NCBI GenBank assembly: GCA_964455085.1
Contig: CAYVYJ010000007.1
Coordinates: forward strand, 4,277-68,276
DNA length: 64,000 nucleotides
Direction: 5' to 3'
Source of the DNA: an uncultured Planctomycetia bacterium
GTDB lineage: Bacteria; Omnitrophota; Gorgyraeia; Duberdicusellales; 4484-171
Position 1 is the stretch's first letter, and each line of letters begins with the position of its first letter. The notes under the pieces were generated by a model. The model was not told the origin of the DNA. It ran no database searches and worked only from the letters and a program-made list of their open reading frames with translations. Shown piece after piece: positions 51,918 through 61,118 of the stretch. The translations under genes and the position numbers were made by a program.

Positions 51918-52947
51918 TTTTTAATTTCCTTGTCAGATCTTTTACCTTTTTTTCAAGTTCTTTTATCTTCTTGTAAAGATCTGGTAAACGCTGTACGCAA
52001 GCATTTACCCTGCATGCGGTCTGGTGAGGTTTTGCCGGATATCCTGAGACTTTCACCCCGGCCGGCACAGACTTTGTTACTCCGGCCTGAGCAGCAACAA
52101 TTGCTTTATCACCAATACGGATATGCCCGACTATTCCGGCTTGACCAGCTAAAATCACTTCTTTACCTAAAACAGTACTTCCCGATATGCCGGCCTGAGC
52201 AATAATAATACAATTTTCACCGGTCACTACATTATGGGCAATTTGAACAAGATTATCAATCTTAGTTCCTTTACCAATAATTGTCTTATCAAATCTAGCT
52301 CTATCAATAGTAACATTTGCGCCAATTTCAGCATCATCTTCTATAGAAACCGTTCCGATTTGAGGTATTTTCGCTTGTACTCCTCCAACCATAGTAAAAC
52401 CAAATCCATCGCTGCCAATCACTGTTCCGGAGTGAATAATTACCCGGTCGCCTATTTCTGTACCTTCTCTTATGGAAACATGAGGATAGACAAGACACTT
52501 TTCCCCGACTTTCGCTAAACGGCCAAGATAACAGCCAGCATAGATAATTGAACCTTGCCCCACTTCGACGCCGTCTTCAATAACTGCATGAGCACCCACA
52601 GCTACATCTTTTGCCAGAGTGGCCCCCTCAGAGATTACTGCGCTGGGATGAATTCCTTGAGGATGTTCAATCTTATGGGGAGCAGCCAGACTAACCACCT
52701 TGGTAAAAGCCATTGAGGGATTATCAGTCTTAATTAAAGGCTTAGAGGTTTCAATATTCTCCCGAGAAGTAATTATCGCCGCTGCTTTTGTTGTCTCCAC
52801 TAAAGAGATATACTTAGAGTTAGCCAAAAAGGTTATATCACCATCTTTAGCTTCTTCTATCCCCGAGATGCCGGTAATCGCAATCTTGGAGTCACCGACT
52901 AACTCCCCTCCGACTAAATCGGCAATTTCACCAAGGGTGAATCTCAT
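51904..52947 (-). CDS. lpxD: UDP-3-O-acylglucosamine N-acyltransferase
   Basis: The 347-aa ORF has an N-terminal LpxD domain and hexapeptide repeats. Confidence 0.92.
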   Translation of the reverse strand: MRFTLGEIADLVGGELVGDSKIAITGISGIEEAKDGDITFLANSKYISLVETTKAAAIITSRENIETSKPLIKTDNPSMAFTKVVSLAAPHKIEHPQGIHPSAVISEGATLAKDVAVGAHAVIEDGVEVGQGSIIYAGCYLGRLAKVGEKCLVYPHVSIREGTEIGDRVIIHSGTVIGSDGFGFTMVGGVQAKIPQIGTVSIEDDAEIGANVTIDRARFDKTIIGKGTKIDNLVQIAHNVVTGENCIIIAQAGISGSTVLGKEVILAGQAGIVGHIRIGDKAIVAAQAGVTKSVPAGVKVSGYPAKPHQTACRVNACVQRLPDLYKKIKELEKKVKDLTRKLKNEGR

Positions 52948-53459
52948 TTCTTCTTATATTTTTGGTTAGAAATCTTAAGGATCTCCGAAGTTATCTCCAG
53001 AGCTTTTGCGCCGTAGAGAACAGCATTTTGATTAACAATTAGATCAAAACCATTTTTTTGGGCATAATCTTTAATTATGGCATCGATATCTTCGACTATA
53101 ACTTTCATCTTTTCGTCTCTTTCTTTTTTCACATCAGTAAATACTTCTCTTTCTAAATCGCGATACTCTTTAATTTCTTTACTGAGGCTTTCCTCTTCTT
53201 TGACCTTCTCTCCTTCTTTAAGCAAACTTAATTTATTCTGCAGCTTCTCAATGGTCTCTTTCTTGTTCTCCAGCTTTTTCTCAGCTACCTTCTTTTTTTC
53301 TTCTAATTTCGCATCATAATCTTTAGTCTTCTGATATTCATTAAAAACTTCCAATATATTCACATAACCAATTTTCAACTCCTTGGAAAAACAAGGAGAA
53401 GAAAATGACATCAGTACTGCTAAAGCTAACAAACAACTAAGAAAACGCCTCATAAACAC
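52944..53459 (-). CDS. skp: Periplasmic chaperone Skp (OmpH)
   Basis: The 171-aa ORF has a signal peptide and a K/E-rich coiled coil. It lies between bamA and lpxD. Confidence 0.85.
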   Translation of the reverse strand: MFMRRFLSCLLALAVLMSFSSPCFSKELKIGYVNILEVFNEYQKTKDYDAKLEEKKKVAEKKLENKKETIEKLQNKLSLLKEGEKVKEEESLSKEIKEYRDLEREVFTDVKKERDEKMKVIVEDIDAIIKDYAQKNGFDLIVNQNAVLYGAKALEITSEILKISNQKYKKK

Positions 53460-53496
53460 ACCTCCTTAAATAACCCTGACAGAGTCGAGGGAATTA

Positions 53497-53568
53497 AACC
53501 CTGAGTATTACCGAACCCTTCGACTACGCTCAGGATTCGGCCCTGAGTATCACCGAAGGGCCGAAGGG
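53497..53568. repeat. Structured intergenic repeat between bamA and skp
   Basis: It contains direct repeats AACCCTGAGTATTACCGAACCC and GGCCCTGAGTATCACCGAAGGG, a tandem CCGAAGGG x2, and an interleaved CCTGAG/CTCAGG/CCTGAG inverted arrangement. Confidence 0.6.
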
Positions 53569-53569
53569 T

Positions 53570-55843
53570 CTAAAATGCTCTGCTTACATTAAAGTGAAAT
53601 CTTCCTTCTTTACTCTCCTCTCCTGGCTCAGTATCCAGAGGCCAACCGTAGTCAACGCTTACCGGGCCGATAGGAGTCTTTACCCTAAAACCTAAACCGA
53701 CACTAGACTTAAACCCGCTCTTATCAACATTACTGCTATCATTTCCCCAAACCTTCCCTGAATCAACAAAGGTAGCGACTTTCAGGAAATCAGCTAAAGG
53801 ATAAGTATATTCTATATTACCAATAAGCATCTTGTCGCCACCTACCGGATCTTCGGTATTTTTATCAATTGGCCCGACCTTTCTTTCTTGATAACCACGG
53901 ACAGTATCGGCACCTCCAGCAAAGAACCGCTCATAGATGGGTATTTTTGAGGTGTCGCCGAAGTCTTCAGCAAAGCCACCGCGGAGTTTCAACTCAACTA
54001 CTGCCTTTTTAGGAACCGGAAAATAAAAACTTACCCGGCCAAAATATTTAAAGAAATCTCTATCGCCAGCAAAAGGCCCTCCAAAGAGTTGTAAAGTGTT
54101 TCGAACATACAGTCCTTTTGAAGGAGAAAAAACATTGTCCCGACTATCATAACTTAGATAAGTCTCGCCGCTACTTAAGTCAGTACTTCCTATCTCATCA
54201 GTAAGCTCTGAGGTTGCTCCGCTAACAACATCACCGATAGTTACATTTTCAAATCTATAAGCAACTCCCCCATGCCAGTAATCATTAAATTCACGACCTA
54301 AGCGTAAGGCTCCGCCTTCTACCTCTTCCTCATAGGCATAACCAACATTATCATCCTGTTGATGCCCTCGTTTATAGCCATCAATGCCGAATGAAACCGG
54401 TTTATCAAATATCCAAGGGTTGGTAAAACTTAGCTGAAACTTTTCAGTTAAAGTTCCCATGCTAAACATTAAGCTTAAATCTTGACCGGCACCGGTAAAG
54501 GTAGAAAAATTCCGATAGTCAAAATTACGCTGTCTTATTTCTACAAACCCCATAAACTCATCTATCGAACTATATCCACCGCCAAAGCTAAAATATCCCG
54601 TCTTAGCTTCTTTTACGTCAACAATCAAATCAACATTATCAGGTTGTGACCCCGGGTCAGTACCAAATCTTATTTCTTCAAAGAACCCTAAATTCTCGAT
54701 TCTTTCCTTACTTTTCCTTATCTTTTTGCCATCAAATCTCTCTCCGGGATAAACTCTCAGCTCGCGGCGGATTACCTTATCTTTAGTCTTGACGTTTCCT
54801 TTAATATTGATATCTTCAATATAGGCAATTCTGTTCTCGATAATCTTGTAAGTAATATCTACCTCTTCAGTATCGGGATTAAAGAAGCTGAACGGGTCGA
54901 TCTGAGAAAATATGTAGCCCTTATCAACATAAACCTCTCTTATGCGTGAAGAGTCAACATAGACAGCTTGCTCACTAAACACGCTACCTCTTTTTAGTTC
55001 TAAGGCTGCCATTACGCTCTCAAGCGGAATCTCTTCGGCGCCTTCTATCTTTATCTGCCCTACCCGATAACGCCTGCCTTCATCAATGTTAACCTTAAGA
55101 TAAACGCCTTTGGGCCGATGTTCGACATCAACATCTACAACCACATCGCTAAAACCCTCTAATTTATAAAAATCACTTATTCTTCTTATATCATCATCAA
55201 GAACTTCTTTTTTAAAAATTCCTCGATTGAGTAACCATGCTTTTCTGGTCTTCATTAATTTTATAATTCTACCGGCGCTTATGATTATATTTCCCTTAAT
55301 TGTTACGCCTCTAACTTTTAAAATTCCTTTCTCACTAATTATCAACTTTACTCTAACTTTATTCTGCCCGTCAAGGGGAGTTATCTGGTAGGAAATCTCA
55401 GCTTGAGAAAAACCTTTGAGGCTATAAAGATCTTTTATTTTTCTTATTGCCTCTTTTACCTTATATTCATCGATAAAAGATCCTTCTTCTATGTCTAATG
55501 AGTCCAAAATCTTCTTCTTGCGAATAAAGCGCATACCTTCAATGCTTATCTTATCAAGCAAAGGCTTCTCTCTAACCTTAAAAAGAACAACTACCCCTTC
55601 CGGAAACTCATTTTTCTCTGCCTCGACAATTTCAAAAAAACCAGTGGCATAAAGATTTTTTACGTCTTCATTAATAACATTCTCATTATAGGTCTGGCCA
55701 GCCCGAATCTTAATTTTAGAGATAATTGTGGCATCACTAACCAATTCATTACCTTCAATATCAATACGAGATATCGAACTTTGGGGGTAAGCAGTTAAGC
55801 TAAAACACAAAAAGAGTGAAAATAACAGGATTTTTCGCATCAT
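53570..55843 (-). CDS. bamA: Outer membrane protein assembly factor BamA
   Basis: It has a signal peptide, POTRA repeats and a C-terminal Omp85 beta-barrel ending ...FHFNVSRAF. The start was trimmed to MRKILLFSLF. Confidence 0.92.
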   Translation of the reverse strand: MMRKILLFSLFLCFSLTAYPQSSISRIDIEGNELVSDATIISKIKIRAGQTYNENVINEDVKNLYATGFFEIVEAEKNEFPEGVVVLFKVREKPLLDKISIEGMRFIRKKKILDSLDIEEGSFIDEYKVKEAIRKIKDLYSLKGFSQAEISYQITPLDGQNKVRVKLIISEKGILKVRGVTIKGNIIISAGRIIKLMKTRKAWLLNRGIFKKEVLDDDIRRISDFYKLEGFSDVVVDVDVEHRPKGVYLKVNIDEGRRYRVGQIKIEGAEEIPLESVMAALELKRGSVFSEQAVYVDSSRIREVYVDKGYIFSQIDPFSFFNPDTEEVDITYKIIENRIAYIEDINIKGNVKTKDKVIRRELRVYPGERFDGKKIRKSKERIENLGFFEEIRFGTDPGSQPDNVDLIVDVKEAKTGYFSFGGGYSSIDEFMGFVEIRQRNFDYRNFSTFTGAGQDLSLMFSMGTLTEKFQLSFTNPWIFDKPVSFGIDGYKRGHQQDDNVGYAYEEEVEGGALRLGREFNDYWHGGVAYRFENVTIGDVVSGATSELTDEIGSTDLSSGETYLSYDSRDNVFSPSKGLYVRNTLQLFGGPFAGDRDFFKYFGRVSFYFPVPKKAVVELKLRGGFAEDFGDTSKIPIYERFFAGGADTVRGYQERKVGPIDKNTEDPVGGDKMLIGNIEYTYPLADFLKVATFVDSGKVWGNDSSNVDKSGFKSSVGLGFRVKTPIGPVSVDYGWPLDTEPGEESKEGRFHFNVSRAF

Positions 55844-55875
55844 TTTAAATATTATAAAGGCATTATTGATCAAAG

Positions 55876-57228
55876 TCAATCTTCCTTTTCTCTAGCCATA
55901 TCGGCAAATTTCGTATATTCTTTCAAGAAAGTCAACTTAATAGTCCCTACCGGTCCATTTCTTTGCTTGGCAATAATAATATCGGCTATGCCGATATTTT
56001 CATCAGTAGGCTTATAATATTCCTCCCGGAAAAGAAGAACAACCACATCAGCATCTTGTTCAATCGCTCCTGATTCTCTTAAATCCGATAACTTAGGGCG
56101 GTGACCTTCGCGCGATTCAACAGCTCTTGATAGCTGGCTTACGGCAATCACCGGAACGCCTAATTCCTTGGCCAAAGCCTTCAAGCTCTGCGAGATATCT
56201 GATATTTCCTGCTGACGATTATCTCCCCGACGCGTACCTCTAATCAACTGCAGGTAATCCACAAGAACCAACTGAACATCATAGTGCGCTTTTAGACGTC
56301 TTGCTTTTGCCCTTATTTCAAAAATATTCATCGCTGGGGTATCGTCGATATAAATCGGGGCTTCAGATAATTTTCCGGCAGCATTAGTCAAAATTGGCCA
56401 CTCCGAAGGAGCAAGAAAACCAGTTCTAACCCGGTTAATCTCAACCTTTGCCTGGGAACATAAGAAACGCTGCATCAGCTGTTCCTTGGACATCTCCAAA
56501 CTAAAAATAGCTACCGGGATTTTCTCCTCTACAGCAACATAACTAGCGATAGTAGTAACAAAGGCACTCTTACCCATTGAAGGCCTACCAGCGGCAATTA
56601 TTAAATCGCCTTTTTGCAAGCCAGCGGTCTTTAAATCGAAATCCTTAAATCCGGTAGGAACCCCGGTTACCCGTGATTTTTTATGATAAAGAGATTCAAT
56701 AAGCTCTATGCCATCTTTAATTATATCCTTTATATGAACATAGCCGCCCTCGATACGGCGGTCACTTATTTCAAAAATCAGTTTCTCAGCTTTATCTAAA
56801 ATATTGCTAACTTCTTCCTGTTCCTTATAGACCAAAGAAGCAATCTCATTGGTACTGTCAATTAGAAAACGTAAAATACCTTTCTCCTTAACAATGCGCG
56901 CATAGTGAGTAGCATTAGCTGAATTGGGGACAAAATCGGCTAGGGTAGTCAGGTAGACACTGCCACCTATCTTCGCCAATAGCTTCCTTTTATTTAAGTC
57001 TTCAGAAACTGTTAAGATATCGACTTTTTTTCGGGCATCAAAGAGAGATATAATGGTTTTAAAAATAATCTGATGTTCTGTCCTGTAAAAATAGGCTTCA
57101 TCAATAAACTCAAGGATTTCAGCGATGATTTTTTCATCAATGAGCATGGCACCTAAGGTAGCCATTTCAGCATCGATATTTTGGGGCGGGATTTTGTTTA
57201 ATTGCTGGACAGGACTATCTACGCTCAT
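55876..57228 (-). CDS. dnaB: Replicative DNA helicase
   Basis: The 450-aa ORF has Walker A GRPSMGKSAF and the DnaB N- and C-domains. No intein is present. Confidence 0.95.
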   Translation of the reverse strand: MSVDSPVQQLNKIPPQNIDAEMATLGAMLIDEKIIAEILEFIDEAYFYRTEHQIIFKTIISLFDARKKVDILTVSEDLNKRKLLAKIGGSVYLTTLADFVPNSANATHYARIVKEKGILRFLIDSTNEIASLVYKEQEEVSNILDKAEKLIFEISDRRIEGGYVHIKDIIKDGIELIESLYHKKSRVTGVPTGFKDFDLKTAGLQKGDLIIAAGRPSMGKSAFVTTIASYVAVEEKIPVAIFSLEMSKEQLMQRFLCSQAKVEINRVRTGFLAPSEWPILTNAAGKLSEAPIYIDDTPAMNIFEIRAKARRLKAHYDVQLVLVDYLQLIRGTRRGDNRQQEISDISQSLKALAKELGVPVIAVSQLSRAVESREGHRPKLSDLRESGAIEQDADVVVLLFREEYYKPTDENIGIADIIIAKQRNGPVGTIKLTFLKEYTKFADMAREKED

Positions 57229-57247
57229 TTTAAAATCTTACTCAAGG

Positions 57248-57691
57248 TTACTTCTTCACAACCCAAACCCGCAGAGTTGCCTCTACTTCAGGATAAATGT
57301 ACACTTTTAAGTTGTAAACCCCTAATTTACTTATCGGCTCCTCTATCACCAAAGCACTCTTATCTAACTCTATTCCTTCAGCCTGAAGAAGTTTCAAGAT
57401 TTGTGCTTCGCTAATTGTCCCGTAAAGCTCCTCATCTTTCTTAACTTCAGCAGTAATAGTTAAAGAAACTTTCTCAATTTTCTCTTTTACCTTTAAGAAA
57501 TCTTGTCTCTTCTTCTCTTCAGCTTTGGTTTTAACCCTTTTTATCTCTTCAAGCCGCTTAAAATTCCCATCTGCAGCTACCAAAGCTATACCTTGAGGAA
57601 TAAGGTAATTACGGCCGTAACCATCTTTAACCTCTGCTATATCCCCTTCTTTACCTAACTTTTTTAAATCTTTAAGAAGAATTACTCGCAC
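57248..57691 (-). CDS. rplI: 50S ribosomal protein L9
   Basis: The 147-aa ORF starts MRVILLKDLKKLGKEGDIAEVKDGYGRNYLIPQG. Confidence 0.95.
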   Translation of the reverse strand: MRVILLKDLKKLGKEGDIAEVKDGYGRNYLIPQGIALVAADGNFKRLEEIKRVKTKAEEKKRQDFLKVKEKIEKVSLTITAEVKKDEELYGTISEAQILKLLQAEGIELDKSALVIEEPISKLGVYNLKVYIYPEVEATLRVWVVKK

Positions 57692-57759
57692 TTCTGTTAT
57701 AACCTCCTTCTAGTCGCACTTAAGAACTCTGCTGACCGCAATATCGACTCAAACTGGTT

Positions 57760-58029
57760 TTAAGAAAAAACTCTCCCGGTATAAGGAATTAGATTAAGGA
57801 ATCTTGCGCGTTTAATTTCCCGGGCTATTTTTCGTTGATGCTTAGCGCAATTACCGCTGATGCGTCGCGAAAGAATCTTCCCCCGGGAAGAAACGTAGCG
57901 CGTAATGAGTTCTATGTTCTTATAGTCTATCTCTAACTCATTTTTACAAAAAACACAATCTTTCTTAAACTTGATTCCTGTTCCCTTTCGAGGAACTCTT
58001 TTAGTATCTCTTGTTTTATCTCGTAGCAT
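57760..58029 (-). CDS. rpsR: 30S ribosomal protein S18
   Basis: The 89-aa ORF contains [27 protein letters not shown]. Confidence 0.93.
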   Translation of the reverse strand: MLRDKTRDTKRVPRKGTGIKFKKDCVFCKNELEIDYKNIELITRYVSSRGKILSRRISGNCAKHQRKIAREIKRARFLNLIPYTGRVFS

Positions 58030-58030
58030 T

Positions 58031-58456
58031 TTAAATTGCCTCTCCTGATTTTTCGCTATTACTCTCTAAATTTACCGGCTCTTGTGGTTCTTCACCTAAA
58101 TCTACTTCCCGGGCCTCTTGTCTTATGCCTTGAGGTAGGAACTGCACTCTATTAGCTACCACCTCTAAAACACTTCTGTTTTTACCTTCATTATTCTGCC
58201 AACTTCTTGATTTAAGTCTTCCTTCAACGAAAATCGGCTTTCCTTTTTGTAAGTACTGATTGCAAACTTCGGCTAAATGGGCCCAGACAACAACATTAAC
58301 GAAACAAGTATCTCTCTGCATTTGCCCGCTTTTGTCTTTAAATGAACTATTCAAGGCCATTCCCAGAGTTACAACTGCTGTGCCCTGAGGTGTATATCTT
58401 AGCTCCGGGTCCCGGGTTAGGTTTCCGATCAACAATACCTTATTAAGTTCAACCAT
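58031..58456 (-). CDS. ssb: Single-stranded DNA-binding protein (OB fold). It has no acidic C-terminal tip.
   Basis: The 141-aa ORF starts [20 protein letters not shown] and lies in an rpsF-ssb-rpsR operon. It ends ...SEKSGEAI rather than in a DDD(I/L)PF-like tail. Confidence 0.85.
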   Translation of the reverse strand: MVELNKVLLIGNLTRDPELRYTPQGTAVVTLGMALNSSFKDKSGQMQRDTCFVNVVVWAHLAEVCNQYLQKGKPIFVEGRLKSRSWQNNEGKNRSVLEVVANRVQFLPQGIRQEAREVDLGEEPQEPVNLESNSEKSGEAI

Positions 58457-58457
58457 T

Positions 58458-58802
58458 TTAATCCTCCTTGCTCAGCCCGGACTTAATCTTACTTTCCCGG
58501 TTTACAATGAGATTCCGCAATATCCTCTCTTCCAATCTTATGGTTTCTTTTAACTCTGCTAGCTTATCGTTATCGAGTGTAAAATTAATATGCCAATAAG
58601 AGCCTTTATGGTATTTTTTCTTATCGGCCCCCCTTCCGCGCAAAAAATAATAAAATTTTCTCTCCTTGGCCCATATTTTAGAGGTTAAAACCTCACCTCC
58701 TGAATCCTTAATCCGTTTAGTAATTTTTTCAAAAATTTCCTCTCGGGTTTGATCTTCCAAGTCTGGTCTCAAAATAATCATGCTCTCATAATCCTTACTC
58801 AC
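58458..58802 (-). CDS. rpsF: 30S ribosomal protein S6
   Basis: The 114-aa ORF has an S6 pattern (YESMIILRPDL). Confidence 0.92.
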   Translation of the reverse strand: MSKDYESMIILRPDLEDQTREEIFEKITKRIKDSGGEVLTSKIWAKERKFYYFLRGRGADKKKYHKGSYWHINFTLDNDKLAELKETIRLEERILRNLIVNRESKIKSGLSKED

Positions 58803-58804
58803 TA

Positions 58805-59374
58805 CTATCCTCCTCGTCGATTATATTTTCTCATCGTAAAATCAATTCCCTTATCAACCCAATCCCAAGTTGCCGATACCGCCACCTGAATAACATCTGC
58901 TAAAATTTCTGTCTCTGATGAAGAAAAGTCAGAAAGAACATAGTCAGATAACTCCTCTGTCTCTATACCGCCAATGCCTACCCGCAGTCTGTTAATTTCC
59001 TCGCTCCCAAGCTCACGTTTTATCGAAGCCATACCTCGGTGCCCAGCAGAAGACCCTCGAGCTCTAAACCGGATCAGGCCTAAGGGTAAATCTACATCAT
59101 CATAAATTATCAAAATATCTGATCTGGGAACTTTATACTTTTCTAAAGTTTTCTTCACACATAACCCTGAATTATTCATAAAAGTGCGAGGTTTAATCAA
59201 AAAAAACCAACCTTGAGGATATGTTTTCTTAGCAATATAAGCTGATAACCAAAAACTTCTCTTAAATTCCAAACCTTGCGCTTTCACCAAGTTCTCGATG
59301 ACCTGATAACCGATGTTATGGCGATTATTTTTATATTTCGGACCGGGATTACCTAGACCAAAGATTATTTTCAC
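58805..59374 (-). CDS. pth: Peptidyl-tRNA hydrolase
   Basis: It begins with the GLGNPGPKY...NRHNIGY motif. Confidence 0.95.
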   Translation of the reverse strand: MKIIFGLGNPGPKYKNNRHNIGYQVIENLVKAQGLEFKRSFWLSAYIAKKTYPQGWFFLIKPRTFMNNSGLCVKKTLEKYKVPRSDILIIYDDVDLPLGLIRFRARGSSAGHRGMASIKRELGSEEINRLRVGIGGIETEELSDYVLSDFSSSETEILADVIQVAVSATWDWVDKGIDFTMRKYNRRGG

Positions 59375-59446
59375 TCTCTTTCAATTTCGAACTATGTGAG
59401 AAATTGTCCTGAACCCCGCCGTGGCGGGGTGAAGGGCCTAACTAAA

Positions 59447-60163
59447 TTATTCTTTCTTCTCTTTCTCTTCCTTCTTCTTCTCTTCCTTCTTCTTTTCTTC
59501 TTTTTCGGCCGGTTCTTTTCCCTCTGCTTCTTCCTTCTCCTTAATGACTTCCGGTTCAGCCGCTGCCTCTTCTTCAGTCGGAATTTCTTCTTCAGGTTCT
59601 TCCTGTTTAGCCAAGGCTGTAACTATCGAGGCCTGCATATCAGTCACAATTGTTATGTCCCCGGGAACCGTCAGATCAGAAACATGCAGAGAATGTCCAA
59701 TCACCAACTCCGAAACATCTATCTCTACTTTCTCCGGAATACTTAATGGAAGGCCTTCCACCTCTAATTCTCGTAAACTCTGCTCCAGAACCCCTCCCTC
59801 TTCTTTAACTCCTTTTGGCTCTCCTTTAAGAATTATCGGGATATGCACCTTTATTTTCTCTTTTAGGGAAACCTTTAAAAAATCAATATGAATAATCTCT
59901 TCGGTAAGAGGGTGATATTGAACAGCCTTAATAAGAACTGGAAGTGCCTTACTCTTCTGGCCGGCTATCTCCATATCAATTACGGTACTTTCAGAAAAAT
60001 GTATTGCCCGTAAAGTTTTCAAGACTGTGTGGGAGATGGTTAAAACTATGTTGGTATCTTCACTATAGACTACGGCCGGAACAAATCCCTGTTTACGTAA
60101 TTTCTTTACGCCTTCTTTCCCTATTGTATCTCTCTTATCAACCTTAATCTTCACTCGCTCCAT
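59447..60163 (-). CDS. rplY: 50S ribosomal protein L25 / general stress protein Ctc, with a K/E-rich C-terminal tail
   Basis: It has an L25 N-domain (the start was trimmed to MERVKIKVDKR...PAVVYS) and a Ctc-type beta-barrel extension. The tail ...KEEKKKEEKKKEEKEKKE is encoded by a CT/AG simple repeat. Confidence 0.85.
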   Translation of the reverse strand: MERVKIKVDKRDTIGKEGVKKLRKQGFVPAVVYSEDTNIVLTISHTVLKTLRAIHFSESTVIDMEIAGQKSKALPVLIKAVQYHPLTEEIIHIDFLKVSLKEKIKVHIPIILKGEPKGVKEEGGVLEQSLRELEVEGLPLSIPEKVEIDVSELVIGHSLHVSDLTVPGDITIVTDMQASIVTALAKQEEPEEEIPTEEEAAAEPEVIKEKEEAEGKEPAEKEEKKKEEKKKEEKEKKE

Positions 60164-60167
60164 AGCA

Positions 60168-61115
60168 TCAACTCCCGATTGAATCAAAAAGCACGCTTAT
60201 TGACTTCTCAAAATGAATTCTCTTTATTGCCTCAGCAAGAACACCGCTCACAGAAATAACCTTTACCTTCTTTGACCTTTTACTCTTACCCAACGGTATA
60301 GAATCGGTAATGATTAAAGAATCGATCGAGGATTTATTTATCTTCTCCACCGCATTGTTGGATAAAATACCGTGAGTAATGGCAGCAAAAATCTTTTTTG
60401 CTCCGGCCTTCTTCAAAGCTTTAGCTGCTTCAGCTAAAGAAGAACCGGTAGCAACTATATCATCAACTATAATCACATTCTTACCCTTAACTTCTCCTAA
60501 TATATGCATGACTTCTGTTGCCTCTGGCGTATTTCTTCGCTTATCAACAATTGCTAGCCCGGCTCGAAACCTCTTGGCATAAGCCCTAGCCATCTTTATC
60601 CCCCCTACATCAGGGGAAGCAATCACTAAATTATTAATCTTTTTTCGTTTAAAATAATCTATAAATGTGTTAATCCCATAAAGATGATCCAAAGGGATAT
60701 CAAAAAAACCTTGAATCTGCCCGGCATGTAAGTCCAATGTTAGAACTCGGTTTGCTCCGGCCCCATCAAGAATATTAGCCACTAATTTAGCCGTAATCGG
60801 CACCCGGGGTTGATCTTTTCTGTCTTGACGGGCATAGCCGAAATAAGGAATTACTACGGTTATTCTGGAAGCAGAGGCTCGACGTAAAGCATCAAGAATA
60901 ATTAACAACTCTACTAAGTTTTCATTCACTGGCGGACAAGTAGGCTGGACAACAAAAACATCTTTACCTCTTACGTTCTCATGAACTTTCACTCCGATTT
61001 CACCGTCACTAAAACGACAAACGTCTAACTTCCCCAACTTAATTTTCAGGCTCTTAGAAATCTTCTCTGCCAACTTCCTGTTGGCTGTACCGCTAAAAAC
61101 CATCAACTTATCCAT
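60168..61115 (-). CDS. prs: Ribose-phosphate pyrophosphokinase
   Basis: It has the PRPP synthetase motifs (DLHAGQIQGFF, VIIVDDIVATGSSL). Confidence 0.95.
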   Translation of the reverse strand: MDKLMVFSGTANRKLAEKISKSLKIKLGKLDVCRFSDGEIGVKVHENVRGKDVFVVQPTCPPVNENLVELLIILDALRRASASRITVVIPYFGYARQDRKDQPRVPITAKLVANILDGAGANRVLTLDLHAGQIQGFFDIPLDHLYGINTFIDYFKRKKINNLVIASPDVGGIKMARAYAKRFRAGLAIVDKRRNTPEATEVMHILGEVKGKNVIIVDDIVATGSSLAEAAKALKKAGAKKIFAAITHGILSNNAVEKINKSSIDSLIITDSIPLGKSKRSKKVKVISVSGVLAEAIKRIHFEKSISVLFDSIGS

Positions 61116-61118
61116 ATA

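Noticed and set aside
59396-59746. 116-aa plus-strand ORF (…FFLLFLFLLLLFLLLFFFF…)
   Set aside because: It is an artefact of the CT-rich simple repeat opposite the K/E tail of rplY.
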